NCBI RefSeq assembly: GCF_001194135.2
Contig: NC_068997.1
Span: 54,578,099 to 54,642,098, forward strand
Direction: 5' to 3'
Origin: Octopus bimaculoides
Taxonomy: Eukaryota
Length of the DNA stretch: 64,000 bases
Under the pieces are notes generated by a model. That model did no database searches and was not told where the DNA came from. It saw only the letters and a program-made list of their open reading frames with translations. Made by a program: the position numbers and the translations under genes. Shown in pieces: positions 1-12,624 of the stretch. Numbering within the stretch: the first letter of the stretch is position 1; each line of letters starts with the position of its first letter.

Positions 1-39
<39 letters not shown>
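1..39. repeat. (TA)n microsatellite
   Basis: Uninterrupted TA run at the window start. Confidence 0.95.
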
Positions 40-41
<2 letters not shown>

Positions 42-254
42 TAAATGATAGAAGTAGTTTGATGAAGTTTTATTTAACAATTAGAAAATTCAAATATCGT
101 GACAAATTGTTTCATAACTTAAAACCATGTAAATAATTTATATTATATAACATTAAGGAGCTTTTTTATAAGCACCACAGGATCCATATATTGTGTCTTG
201 TATACAAACACACACACAGTGATGGGGCAGCAGACCTAGAATTAGTTGGACACA

Positions 255-410
255 CATGAAAGCTTCTGAGTAGTTTCCTCATACACTTGCAAGGTGTTGG
301 CTATCCGGCACTGTAATGAAGGATATTTGCACAATGTACTATGCAGTAGGAATGAATTCAGAACCATGTGGTTATCTAGCATTTTTCTTAATCTCACACC
401 CATGCCTCTG
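255..410 (-). mobile_element. Degenerate 5' part of tRNA-headed SINE (family A)
   Basis: Reverse complement aligns by eye to the head of the copy at 50191 (gcagtaggaatgaattcagaaccatgtggtt vs gcagtgggattgaacccagaaccatgtggtt at about 4240). Confidence 0.65.
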
Positions 411-847
411 CAAGCCTGATTAATTTCTCAAGAACATCCTGTCTCTAGAGGCCAACATTCCAGTTTTTCTGCACTTACTATTTTCAATTTGAAAGTTCTG
501 TTTCCCTGCAGTATTTTGTTTTTTTTTAATGGTGACTGTTTCACTAATGATATGTCTTGTTAATCATTTAATGCTACCACTTAGAAAAAAAAAGACAAGT
601 AAAATTAAAAAAAGCAACTGTTTATGAACATTTATTTAGTTTATCAAATGCAAGTATCTGTTCAGCTTTACATTCAGGAAAAACCTACTACAAACTTTTT
701 TTCTTGCACTTTCTCTCATTTTCTTCTTACATTTTTCAACACACAAAATTTATTCAAAACTGATGTGGTACTTGATATTCTACTTGTGTTTTTGTGAATG
801 ATCATAATGGAAATTGTTTTAAAAACTACTGCTAGAACACCACCTTA

Positions 848-884
848 TATAGATATAATATATATATAATATTATAATATTATA

Positions 885-933
<49 letters not shown>
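848..933. repeat. Imperfect (TA)n microsatellite
   Basis: TA-rich tract; produces the IYIY stretch of ORF 819..1073. Confidence 0.9.
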
Positions 934-2564
934 GTTGATTTTGAACTGTATATTTCATAACTGTGAATGGAAGACTGAAGTAGCTTTAAGTAACATGTCA
1001 AGAAAGTTACTATACTGAAAGACAAATGTTTGATTTCTTGCGATTGGAATATGTATGGTAAAATTGACTCCAATATATTACTGACGCTTATTTTGGCAAC
1101 TCTAGATAGATGAAAGGATTGATGTTAGGACTGCAAATAAATTTTGTTTGGCAGCCTTTACTTTGCAAGACGTATTGCTGTGGTTATTCTATCAAATTGA
1201 GAAGACATGAAATATGTATTTGATGACAAATAAATAAATAAATAATTTAAATAAGTTAGTCACCTTGGAGATTGGAAAGTCTGATTAAACTGCAAAATTG
1301 TATTTGTAACTTTGGCTATCATATTGGTTTAGAAGCACAACTCAATCAAACAAAAAGTTTAGGAACTCAAAGAAGCTGAAATTAAAGAAGTTTGCTTCAG
1401 TGCACAATATAACATGCTAGGAAAGCTTCTTAAACAGTTCTGATATATGTATATATATATATATGCGTGTATATATAACATTTAAAAAATTCTGCTGTGT
1501 AAATAAAATATTTCAGAATCTCTATTTCCAAGTACATCAAGTTATCTGAATATTTACCAATGAATAGAGACTGCACAAAATATACAGTATGTGTTCAAAG
1601 ATTAAAATATGAAATTTGTCATTTTTGTTAAAGTCACACATTGCACTACAAGATCACCAAGATTTAACTATTGTAAGTAAAAGTATTTGAGAACTCCAGT
1701 GAGTTTTAACACAGTGAATTAATGTACCAGAAGAGACAAAGTATGAAATTTTGCATCAGTTTTATTTTCTGTTGACTGCATGACCTTTCCACAGAATTAA
1801 GGAATTAATGTTGGTGTATCTGTTACATATTCTGGTGAAATTTGCTGTGGTTTGGATGTTATGAACTTACATATTTTGCCATTTTAAAATCTTTGTAATT
1901 CTGTAATTAAAATGATTTATGTCTCGTTACAGCACAGAATTAATGAGAATTCATTGTTACAATATAATATCATTTATCTTGCAAAGAACATAACTGAAAT
2001 GTTTCATTTATTATATCCTAACCAATTCTCAAACTTTTCTACTGATGTATTACATTAGATATCAAACAGCTTTGCTATTCACCTTCAAATTTCCATCAAC
2101 GCCTTTATGGTGAGAGACCGTATTCTTCAGCGTTAACAGAAAACCATAGAACTAGAAGAGATTTGTTATTAAATTTCGTATCCAAACTCAATGGAAATTA
2201 AATGTGTAACTAAGAACCAAATGAAAACTACCATGAAATTCTGAGTACTGTAATCCATAATATATCAAATTACCATTATGTTTAGAAATTTGATGTGAAT
2301 AGAAATGTAAAGTAGCCCATACATTGTTCTGTCTAACCATCAAATATTCCCATTATTAGATGATAGCATTTGCTTTACTTAATCTTTTGAAGACTATCTT
2401 CATATTCCAAAAGCTATTTTGCTAGTGTACAATCTTTTGACATATCATTTGATTGATCTAGTCTGTTTTTCAATTTTGATATCGCTATAACTTTTTAATC
2501 ATTAAGTGAAGTTCTGTTAAATGTTTTATAGTTTGAGATATTGTTCATGCATTCCTTCATTTAG

Positions 2565-2650
2565 TATCTGCTTTTCCATGCTAGCATGGATTGGATGAAG
2601 ATGTATTGAAGCAGTATTTTATGACTGGACGTCCTTCCTATCTTTAATCC
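2565..2650 (-). mobile_element. RTE-type 3' tail fragment
   Basis: ttttccatgctagcatggattgga matches the tail shared with 7328-7478 and 21629-21859. Confidence 0.6.
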
Positions 2651-2829
2651 TTACTGGTTTTGGAGTAAGGCTTTTAATTTCTTCACCTGACTTCAAGTTC
2701 AGGACCACAGAATGTATTGTTTACTGTGTAAATGTAACCTCACTGTTTTAGGCATTCATACACACACACACCCCATACATTTTTATACAGTTTCTTACTA
2801 TTCATTTCACTCACTGTGGCTAGCACAAG

Positions 2830-3720
2830 TATGCAGCGAGTTTGGGCTAAATTTGATAGTTTGCGTAAAAGAAAAAGCAAATACAATATCTCATCCAAAA
2901 ATAAATGTGATTTTTGAAAAATCAAAAAATATCAACAAGATTATGACTGGGAGATAAAAGTTTACTCAAGAGAACTTCTCTCAGTTTCCAGTGTGGCTTC
3001 AAGATGGCTCCAAAACCTGGCACATTCCTTCTTCTCTGTGTCCCTGGGAAGATTGTTGAACAATTCCTTGAGCTTGGCTACTAGCTGTGCCTTGGTGTAG
3101 CAGGCAGTGTTTTTTGTCTTTCTCAACAATGCCCCACACATTGTAATCCATGGAGTTACAGCTGGGGAATTAGAAGGCTAGAAATTAAGGCTGGTGAAAT
3201 TATAGAAATTCTCTGATAACACCTTCTAACTCTTTCCATAGGCATGGCAAGAAGCTGAATCCTGCTGCTACATATATGGCCTTCCAACTGTGACCTTCTC
3301 CAAACAGTTTGCCCACTGTCTCTCGCACCTTTGCAAAGGTGTCTGAATTGAGCCTAGAACCTTACTCAAAAGGTGTGGGGTACCATGACACCACCCTCAC
3401 TAGAAACACACCCAAAGATCACAGTTTGTGGGTACTTGGTTTTCATATGTGGGACATTACATGGATTGTAGGCAAGCCATCTGTTCTTCTGGGTATTATG
3501 CAACTGGTCCTGGCATTTCTTTTCACTTAAGAAGAACCAGATCATCACAGCCTTTACAATGTTCATTGAGTATTGAGAAGCAGTCATGATGTCAACATTT
3601 TGATATCCTGATGCAGGTAACTCTTTTCCGATATTCAAATGGCTTCCAGTTTTCCGAGTAAGCTAACTTTTTCTCAACTACAATTTTACTCTTTAAAATT
3701 TTCCAGTGCTGTTAATTGTT
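2830..3720 (-). mobile_element. Tc1/mariner superfamily, maT (DD37D) DNA transposon fossil with pseudogenised transposase
   Basis: Minus strand reads WFFLSEK..MKTKYPQTVIFGCVSSEGGVM..PYM*QQDSASCH..SENFYNFTSLNF*PSNSP(D)CNSMDYNVWGIVEKD..RFWSHLEATLETE, ending in TAA at 2962-2964. After correcting a 1-nt deletion, 37 residues separate the 2nd and 3rd catalytic Asp. Several stops and frameshifts. Confidence 0.9.
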
Positions 3721-3913
3721 CACCAATGCATCAATATATTCCTGAAAAAGGAGACGTACCGTATTGTCAGATTTAATCCAAACACTCTGTATAGTAAAAG
3801 AAACTTGCTTAAGGTACAGTTGCACTGAATGTGAAAGCATAGGATAAGTGAATTTCTTAAACACACAACCAGAAGTGTAATAAATAAAAACCAAAGCAGG
3901 CAAGCAAGAGATA

Positions 3914-4285
3914 TTCTTTTATTCTTTTACAGTCATTTGACTGCAGCCATGCTGGAGCATCGCCTTTTAGTCGAACAAATCGATCCCAGGACTTATTCTT
4001 TGTAAGCCTAGTACTTATTCTATCAGTCTCTTTTGCTGAACCGCTAAGTTACGGGGTACATAAACACACCAACATTGGTTGTCGAGCAATGTTGGGCATA
4101 CAGATACCCAAACATATATATATATATATATACACACATACATACATGACGGGCTTCTTTCAGTTTCCGTCTACCACATCCACTCACAAGGCTTTGGTCT
4201 GCGCAAGGCTATTGTAGAAGACACTTGTCTGAGGTGTCATGCAGTGGGATTGAACCCAGAACCATGTGGTTGGGAAGCAAGCTTC
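3914..4285 (-). mobile_element. tRNA-derived SINE family A, near full length
   Basis: Head, internal (TA/CA)n tract, body and cagcatggc..cagtcaaatgac tail; colinear with 11836, 25765 and 50191. Confidence 0.9.
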
Positions 4286-4721
4286 ATGTTTAATATAAAA
4301 ACTTAAAACTACATTAAGCAAGTTCAGAAACTTAGAAGATATGGGATTGATGAGTCAGAAGCTGGATTGAAGCAAAGTAAATATCTAATCAGAGAAGATA
4401 CTCTAAAGCTGTTAATATCCATACTGATAATTTAGTTTTGAAAAGATTTGCTGAAGTAATAAAATGAATACCTTAATAATATAGCAAAATAGATTACGAA
4501 ATCTACATTAGTTCTTGTTATGGATGGGAAAAATTGAAGAAGTAAATACAGCCATTCATAAATCAAAAATAACTCCATTGGAAAGTGTTTGAGGATTGGT
4601 ATTTTAATGAAGCTGAGAGGTTATTTAGTGTTTGAAGATGATTGCTGTAATAAAACTTCCAACATGAAAGTTTTTCGTTAGCTGAGAGTGAGCATAGGGT
4701 GTTTATGGTTGGTCAAGATCA

Positions 4722-4765
4722 TCTCTCATCAGCATTATTTAATGTCCATTTTCCATGCTAGCGCA
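4722..4765 (-). mobile_element. Short RTE-type 3' tail
   Basis: tcatcagcattatttaatgtccattttccatgctagc is the reverse complement of the shared tail. Confidence 0.55.
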
Positions 4766-4819
4766 AAAGGAGAGAGAAGTTTATGATACGATATTACTGG
4801 CTGACATGTATTGTGTATG

Positions 4820-4955
4820 TGTGCTGGAGTTGTTTAATCCCAGGTCATCCTTGATATAGCAGACTTAGAAATATGAAGACATTCCAAGCCATGGTTCTGT
4901 TTCAGGCAGTCTTTCTGGAATGCTGTAATCCAATCCATCCTTCCTTAAAAAATAA
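4820..4955 (+). mobile_element. Unclassified interspersed repeat (family E) fragment
   Basis: Resembles 17845-17945 and the reverse complement of 12625-12915 (gacattccaagccatggttc vs gatcatggttgaaatatctttg). Compared by eye only. Confidence 0.45.
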
Positions 4956-5053
4956 AAATAGTGCCAGTTGACCATTACTTTTAGCTGATCAAGTGGTCAC
5001 ATACTCTCCCTGCTAACTTGAAATTAATGCATTAAACAAATATATATACTGAA

Positions 5054-5126
5054 GCCTCTGTGGCCCAATGGATAAGTTACCGGCCTCCTAAGCCGGGGAT
5101 TGCGGGTTCGAGTCCAGTCAGAGGTA
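5054..5126 (+). tRNA. tRNA-Arg-CCT: tRNA-Arg(CCT)-like gene or pseudogene, possibly the head of a short SINE
   Basis: 73 nt. Acceptor stem GCCTCTG/CAGAGGT; anticodon stem CCGGC/GCCGG with loop CT-CCT-AA (anticodon 5087-5089); A box TGGCCCAATGG; B box GGTTCGAGTCC at 5105-5115; T5 run 16 nt downstream. D stem has two mismatches and T stem one. Confidence 0.75.
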
Positions 5127-5751
5127 GTAAAGATTTCTTAATTTTTACACAGCGGTGCATCAGCATGGCCACAGCTCTAAGCTGAAACTATAAACAACAA
5201 GCAACTAATTTTGATTTTTATATTTTGATTTTTGTAATAGGCTTATTACTAATCCATTTTAATTCAGGTTTTGTGTATTAATTCTTTAAAATAAGTAAAA
5301 AGGTTGTAGATGAAATATAAATAGCAGTGTTAAAGGAGAAATATTTTGTTGGGTCTGTTGCTTGTAAATATTATAAATGGCTAATCTTGGTACAATGATT
5401 CCTGCTTTAAAGTTTGATTTTTTTTTTGTTTTTTTTTAACATAACTGTACAACCAGTAATAAATAAATAATTCAGTGTAACTTGCTTTAATAATTTAATA
5501 GCTTTCTCAGAATATTTTAGATTATCACTCTAGTTTTATCTTATGCTAAGACCAAATGTTATTTACATAGATTAATATGCTACAAACATTAAATATACTT
5601 CACATAAGAAATTGTTCTGCAATGACTGCTGGGATGCCATATCTTTTACGACATGCATGAGCACTTGTGGCTGAAATTTGTTTAAAGGCATTCTTAGATT
5701 CCAGTTGGAAACATTGGTTTAGAGTAATTTTCTATGTGAAACATTGCAAGG

Positions 5752-5960
5752 TGCGACGATGGCAAGATGGCAGAATTGGTAGCATGCTGGACAAAATGCT
5801 TAGTGGTATTTTGCCAATTACTAGGTTCTGAGTTCAAATTCTGCCGAGGTTGGATCCTTTCAGGGTCAATAAAATAAGTACCAGTTGGACACTGGGGTTG
5901 ATGTAATCGACTTATCCTTACCACTCCCAAGCTGCCCTTGTAGCAAAAATTTGAAATAAT
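5752..5960 (+). mobile_element. tRNA-derived SINE family C
   Basis: Head tggcagaattggtagc..gagttcaaattctgccgagg followed by ggggtcaataaaataagtaccag; partial copy on the minus strand at 51140-51250. Confidence 0.8.
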
Positions 5961-7327
5961 TATTACACTTCACAACTTACATAAATATTCAAGATTTGTA
6001 AATTCTTCCACTCCAAATTAGAAATGTTATGTAAACTTGGGAAAACAAAACAAAAGCAGGAAATACATTATGATCCTAAAAACTCCTGTTTGTGAAAACA
6101 AAAACAGAAAGCTGATGAGCACCAACAAGTGAGAGAAAGAGACAAGAAACCTGATTGCTTTTAAATTACTTGAAGAAGGCAAATTTTACAAAAGTGAAAG
6201 ATAAGAAATGAGAACAAAAAGAGAAAGCTCCGGGCAGTGATTTATCTCACAGTTATATAAAATCAGTTTCTCATTCATCAATCAATATCTTGAAGTTATT
6301 CCTCGATCACTCCAGTAGTAAAACTAATTCTAGAAGTTTTCCCATTATTTTCAGTTTTCTATGAACCCTACTATCTTAGAAGTCCGTCCCAGCATCAAAT
6401 TGAATTTCTGTCTCTATTTTGCTTATGTCTTTAAGATTATTAATCTAATCTCCACTTGTGCTTAATCTACACACATTTCTTACATTATATTTTGTTCCGT
6501 TGCTTATCAGCTGATTAGACACAGCTGTTATGCATCTATTTATTGAACTAATGTTAATTCATCTCATCAGTTGCTAAACGTACTTCAATAATTGCAATAT
6601 TTATGATAAACCGCTTATGAGACAATTATTTTCACACATTTATCTATATGTGACAATTTGTGATTGACTTTAAATAAAATGTTTGATAAGTTTAGACATT
6701 TAACATAAGCCAGACAAATAAAATTATTTGTAAACTAGTAGAACTATAATTTAGTCATGCTATGAAAAATCAATACCATTCAACAGTAACACGTGGAGAA
6801 AGATGTTCTGTCTTATCTGTTCTACTAGTGTTACCTGTACATTTTGTTCTTATATAATTTATTAAGTGACCCATAGTTCAACTTTGGAACTTGAAGTATC
6901 TGCTTGTGTGGTTGGTGGGAGGAAAGATTCTAGCTATATTTCTAATATCAAAATATTTTCCAAAAGTTGTATCATGCCAACTCAAGTGCAGGCTCATTGA
7001 ATTTTGTGAATATTTGCTTTTTAACCAAATCTACAAAGACATTAGGCATAATAGACCAATTAAGTCTCCATGAATACTTTTGCTTTGTTAGTTGAGCTCA
7101 GTGGAAGAAAAGTTGATTGGGAAGATGTCATCATCTTCAAATCATGGACCAATTTTAAGTAGTGAATTCAAATATTGGCTGTGGTCAGGAATTGAGTGAT
7201 TTAGTTTGTCTCTGAGGTCAGAGAAAATAGGGGGAAGATTTGGTAAGATTAGATTAGTGACCTTAATATGAAAAAGGAAGACTAATTGGAAATTATTAAT
7301 CTATCAAGGTTCTGAGAAAGGGGTAAA

Positions 7328-7478
7328 ATGGAGTGGTTGGCATTAGGAAGGGCATCCAGCTGTAGAAACTCTGCCAGATCAGACTGGAGCCTGGTGCAGC
7401 CTCCTGACTTCCTAGACCCTAGTCGAACCGTCCAACCAATGCTAGCATGGAAAATGGACGTTAAACGATGATGATGAA
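7328..7478 (+). mobile_element. 5'-truncated RTE LINE 3'UTR or RTE-tailed SINE
   Basis: ggttggcattaggaagggcatccagctgtagaaactctgccagatcagactggagcc..gctagcatggaaaatggacgttaaacgatgatgatga. The same sequence follows the RTE ORF end at 55590-55925. Confidence 0.85.
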
Positions 7479-8194
7479 GGGTATGTGTTCAAGATAGAAT
7501 ATAAAATGAAAATAGAAAGAACATATAAAATCTGTAAACTTATGATTGAAAATTACAACATTGGTGACATGAATATTCTCTGTAATCATTATGAAAGTCT
7601 TAGATTTATAAATGAATCTCTAAGCTTCTGAGAGAAAGGGAAAGTCATGCTCCTACAATTACAGCCTTATCCTGAAGAACTGAAAATGCTTTTAAGTGAA
7701 AATAATGCAGAATATACAACGTATCCAGGAACACTCATTTTTATGGCTCTATTTAAACTTAGAACCATTTAAAAGCTTCTGTATTTACCATGGAATTTCC
7801 ATAGGTACTGCTAGTTAGTGATAGTTATTTTCTTATATATGATCCCCTTGTAGTTTGTGAAGCGATGGGGAACAAGATTATTATAGAATTACTTGTTAAT
7901 CTATGAAACCAATCAGTAGAGAATTTTGCCTTTTAGTTGGTTTGATTGTAATGTAGAAGCAGAATTATTTCATTATTACCAGTTCAGATTCAAGTAGCAT
8001 ATTAAGACTTTTTAATTTTGTAATTTGGTCATTTCTTAAACCATATGGAATTGTATTTAGTATACAGTTAATGAGTCAGCTTTGTTGAACACCCTGTCAT
8101 CGTAAAAGGGAGAAGTTATTCTTCTGTGATGCACACTACAGTGACTTGCATATTTCGCATTTGAACCTGCTTAGTAAAAAGAAGTAAAGTTCCT

Positions 8195-8420
8195 TTCTGA
8201 GTCAGAAAGATTCATAGGACCAGTTTCCTAGATTCCATGGCATATTTATTCTCCACCTCGTCCATCACAGGATTACAACTGTGATTACAACTGAGTGGAC
8301 TTGAGCAATGTGAAATGAAGTATTTTGCTCAAGAAATCAATGCATCATGTGGTCCAGGAATCAAAACCAGTCTTATGGTCATGAGTCCAGCACCTTAACC
8401 ACTAAGCCACACACCTTCAC
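8195..8420 (-). mobile_element. tRNA-derived SINE (separate family, gtccactcagct-type central domain)
   Basis: Reverse complement begins gtgaaggtgtgtggcttagtggttaaggtgctggactcatgacc..gattcctggacc (A/B-box-like), then ttcttgagcaaaatacttcatttcacattgctcaagtccactcag. Confidence 0.75.
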
Positions 8421-9204
8421 AAACTTGCTTAGATGTGTTAAAAATAAATATACAAATATTCATTCTAGAATATATATACACATGATGCAAATAACAATTT
8501 TTTTATTGGTTGGCTGATATAAGCACCAATCAGCAAATAATTTGTTTGGTGAAACTATAAACTAAGCCAGTAGCTTTGCTTAGGCTCAGTGTTCTGGCTA
8601 CTTCTAGCTGTTGAAACACCAACGTCCTGAAATTATTCTGTGCACCGATGTGTTGAGTGTGTTGAACACAGTCATTGTAAAAGAAATTATTGTTCAATGA
8701 TGTTCTGTGCACTGGCCATTATATTTTGCATATAAACCTGTCTAGACATATTAAAAATAATTTGCTTCAGATTTCTCTGTACAAAGTGCAAATAACAATT
8801 TTAAATCTATTCTGAATGATGCATAGCTGCATTTGATGGTGGACATTGTTGAAAGTTTTTTTTACATAATGGAGACAGTATTTTAACTTCATGGAGAGCA
8901 GGTTGAGGGTTAAAGTCATGACAGTTATGAAAATATTTAGCATTTGTTACATCTTGGGATGGTCATTTTACTAGTGATTTTTTTTATTGCTGAAATTGCC
9001 CTCACAAATTACATGTTTCTAGACACAATTTCATATTAAGGAACATGAAAAAAAAAAAAAAAAATTAGCAAGCTTTGACAGAACACTGTGTAGACTTGGA
9101 TGGCTATTTTAGTCTGTTGATTGTTAATTAATATGTTTGTTAGTTACATGACTAATGAGTTGGTTACACTTGAATGTTTGTAAAAAGTTATTCATTGAAG
9201 TTAC

Positions 9205-9309
9205 ATGTCTGGAGATAGAGTGAACTAGAATTGAAAAGGAATGGTCGAGTCTGAGATGGAATGATGGAGTTCCAATCAATATAACTGCATCTGTAAAACC
9301 TGAATCCAT
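9205..9309 (-). CDS. Candidate internal exon, product unknown
   Basis: Acceptor ttgtcttttgctag, donor gtaact, 105 nt. Open in two phases (MDSGFTDAVILIGTPSFHLRLDHSFSILVHSISRH or GFRFYRCSYIDWNSIIPSQTRPFLFNSSSLYLQT). No homology recognised. Confidence 0.2.
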
Positions 9310-10084
9310 CTAGCAAAAGACAATTTCAAAGAAGTTGCATAAGTGTAACATATTTTTGACAACTAACAGTTAAGTAAAACACTGAAGGTTAAAAGTTCTT
9401 TAATTCTTTTTTAACCATTTTAGCTAATGGCAATGGGGTAGAAATGATTAGGAATGACGTTAAAACAGACAGTATCTTGGGAAATTCATTTATCTCGTTT
9501 AGTTCTTCTATAAAAGTGAGCATCAAATCGATAGTAATCATTTTTACCGTTTTTTCTTGTTTTTCCAAACACACATGCTTCTTAATTAGCAGAAGGTGAA
9601 CTGTATTTATTAGTATACAAATATATTTCCAATCACATCAGTCAAATAAAGAAAAACTTTGTGTCAGTTTTTGTTGTTATTTTCATAATTTCATATTCAG
9701 CTTTTTGCCTAAAGTATACAGAATGCTGGTGCCTAAAATGTCACTTGCAGAATAACATTCTTTTCTCTTTTGATGTCTCAAGAACTATTTTACTTCAATA
9801 AATATTGACTATGAATTCCATTTGGAGCAATTCATTTTCTATTTTATTGTTAACTCATTGTTAATCTCATTTCAAAATAACCTTTACTTGAATATATTTA
9901 ACAAGGAAATTCTATTTACCATTTTCAATTTTATTTACTCTGTTGTATTTGTTAAAATTGAAACTTTACTCTTCAACATTTGTCTGTCTAGAACATTAGG
10001 CTACTGGTTATCATTTTTGTATTTTGCAGTGTGTGTTTTTATGTGCACGCACAAATGCGTATGCACACACACACACACACAGGT

Positions 10085-10260
10085 ATGTATTTGCAGTCAA
10101 GCTTGCTTCTCAACTGTGTAATTACTGGTCCGGTCTTATTGGGTGGCACCTTGGGTAGGTAGCTTCTATAGCCTTCTATGTGGATGTAACAAGGAAACTG
10201 AAAGAAGCCTATTGTGTGTTTGTTTATGTTTGATTGTTCTTGACATTACATGGTAGTTGT
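10085..10260 (+). mobile_element. Degenerate SINE family A/B head fragment
   Basis: ggtggcaccttgggtagg..ggaaactgaaagaagcc match the family A head. Confidence 0.65.
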
Positions 10261-11835
10261 AAATCTGTTCCAACCTCAAATTTCCTACATCTGTTCTATC
10301 AATATTCTTACCTGCCACCACCTCCAACTCCTTCTTCTATACAAATGGTGTCACACTTTATTCCTTTTGGTCCTTCTGTCTTGAAACACTATCCGTCACA
10401 TTTACTATAGAAATTACACTAACTCCTCCACCAAATGCATACCTAAATGAGTAATAAGGTAAATATTTGTCTAATTAACATGGAATGCTGAGATTGTTTA
10501 ATATTAAGATTGAAATCTTTGCTAATAAGAAAATTTAAATTTGCAACTTTAAGCTGCTGAGCTTCTGATCTCAGTAAAATAAAAAATTATAAATACATTT
10601 TTGCAGCTTCATGTTTTGGACTGGGAATCTTTTGTTTGATATAAAAACTAAACAAGTGAAAATGGTGATATATTAAGAAATTATTAATGTAAATATTTTA
10701 GAGTTGGTTAACATTGAATTTGAGTGTATTTCAGGGGTTTGGGGAAATGCTACAGCTAGACGAATTAGTAAATGTCTTCAATTAATATATTTAAGGGGAG
10801 GACAATTATTGTGTGCCTTATAAAACTTATAAGAGCTACTGTTTTTGAAGATGCATAATATGGCTGCTTTCATATATTTTGGTTAATACTTTTGAGAAGA
10901 GAGTAAACGAAGATTTTCATAGAAAATGTCTGAAGATGTCTTGAATATTTGTGCAACATTTATTTTAAAGCTTAGGTCGTTATATCTATACTTACGCTCA
11001 GATTGTTTCAAAACAGTCATGAAATGTGTGTTATGGAGCATGTAATTGCATTTAAAAGATAGTAGTTACTACCTGAACAAGCCATGTGACTACATCTACA
11101 GTTTTCTCATATTGTATATACTTAGAGTAATCAGGAGAGTTCACTACAATAGGTAACATTTTAGAAGAAAATATAGGCCAGGTATGTTATAGGTTTAGAA
11201 GTATGTAGTAAGCAAGTGATTGAGATTTCCGTATACTGATAGATTATAGGTTATGAAACTAGATTGAAAAGTTGTCAGGATAGTCAAATATTGTATCTGT
11301 CTGGATAAAAAGAAAATTGCTAGGTGACTTTCATGAAGAATTTCCTTCCATCTGTTTGCTTGCAGTTTATTTTGATTTGTTTTATTTTCACCTTTGCAGA
11401 CATTCCATTTGTTTCTGTCAGAACCAAAACCTTAATTTGTATTAATCTTCCATTAGAGGATTAGATACTTTTCTATCTCGGAAATCACAGCATATACAAA
11501 ATAATGAAGTAACCAGCAACATGGATTGGCAGACATGTTCTTAGCTGAGAAATAGATAAAATAATTGACTCTGTGTGTGGTAGAATAATTAAAATTAATG
11601 AAGTGAAAAATATGTATATGTAGCCTACTTATAACAATGCTAAAATCTCATGTTATTTAATCACGAATATAATTAAAAACCTAAATTATGAAAATTAAAA
11701 AAGAACTACCTTTTGTAAAGTTCCAAATGACCTCATGACTTGTGAATTAAATATATAGTATATACTCATTTATTTATGATATCCATTATGATCTTGTTTA
11801 AAATTGCAAGACTCTTGTTCACTTTCCATACGAGA

Positions 11836-12009
11836 TTCAGACTGTGTAGTAAGTAGCTTGCTTACCAACCACATGGTTTTGGGTTCAGTCCTACTGTGTG
11901 GCACCTTTGGCAAGTGTGTTCTAATATAACCTCAGGCCAACAAAAACCTTGTAAGTGGATTTGGTAGACGAAAACTGAAAGAAGCCCATCGTATGTGTGT
12001 GTTTGTGTG

Positions 12010-12052
<43 letters not shown>

Positions 12053-12230
12053 TGTGTGTGTGCGTGTGAATTTGTGTTTGTTCCCCCAACATCGCTTGAC
12101 AACCGATGCCGGTGCGTTTATGTCCCTGCAACTTAGCAGTTTGGCTTACAAAGAATGTCCTGGGGTTGATTTGTTAGACTAAATGCAGTGCTCCAGCATG
12201 GCCACAGTCAGATCACAAAGAAATAAAAGT
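11836..12230 (+). mobile_element. tRNA-derived SINE family A
   Basis: Colinear with 50191-50628; internal microsatellite; gtgctccagcatggccacagtc tail. Confidence 0.9.
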
Positions 12231-12240
12231 ATGTATATTT

Positions 12241-12265
12241 AGAGAGAGAGAGAGAGAGAGAGAGA
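12241..12265. repeat. (AG)n microsatellite
   Basis: Direct reading. Confidence 0.9.
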
Positions 12266-12624
12266 GGTTTAATGAATGTTTAATGAATTGCTACTAATTA
12301 TTGTATATTCTACTCTAATTGTTCCTTTATGAAGAATGACACTGGATATCTGCTGTAGATTCTGAACTTTCAAATTGGCTAATTTTCAACTACACCTAAC
12401 AATTTTTTTCAACAGTAATTATAAACTATTTTTTAAAGCAAACACTAAACAAATTCAAGCAACAAGAAAGATATTTTTCTGTTAAGGATTTGTATTTTCC
12501 TTAAAAATAATTAAATTTACTCATCAGCTGCAGTTCTGACTTAAATCTATTTCAAATTAACTAGAAAAAAATCAAGACAAACTGGCAAGAAAACTACTCA
12601 AAATAAAAGAAAATTTAAATCTGT

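Noticed and set aside
6111-6160. CTGATGAG-cac..gtg hammerhead-like motif
   Set aside because: No C11.1-GAAA junction and no stem I or III partners.
10308-10385. Minus-strand exon candidate CFKTEGPKGIKCDTICIEEGVGVVA with gtaaga donor
   Set aside because: Weak acceptor, and the segment resembles the pyrimidine-rich body of the non-autonomous RTE-tailed elements.
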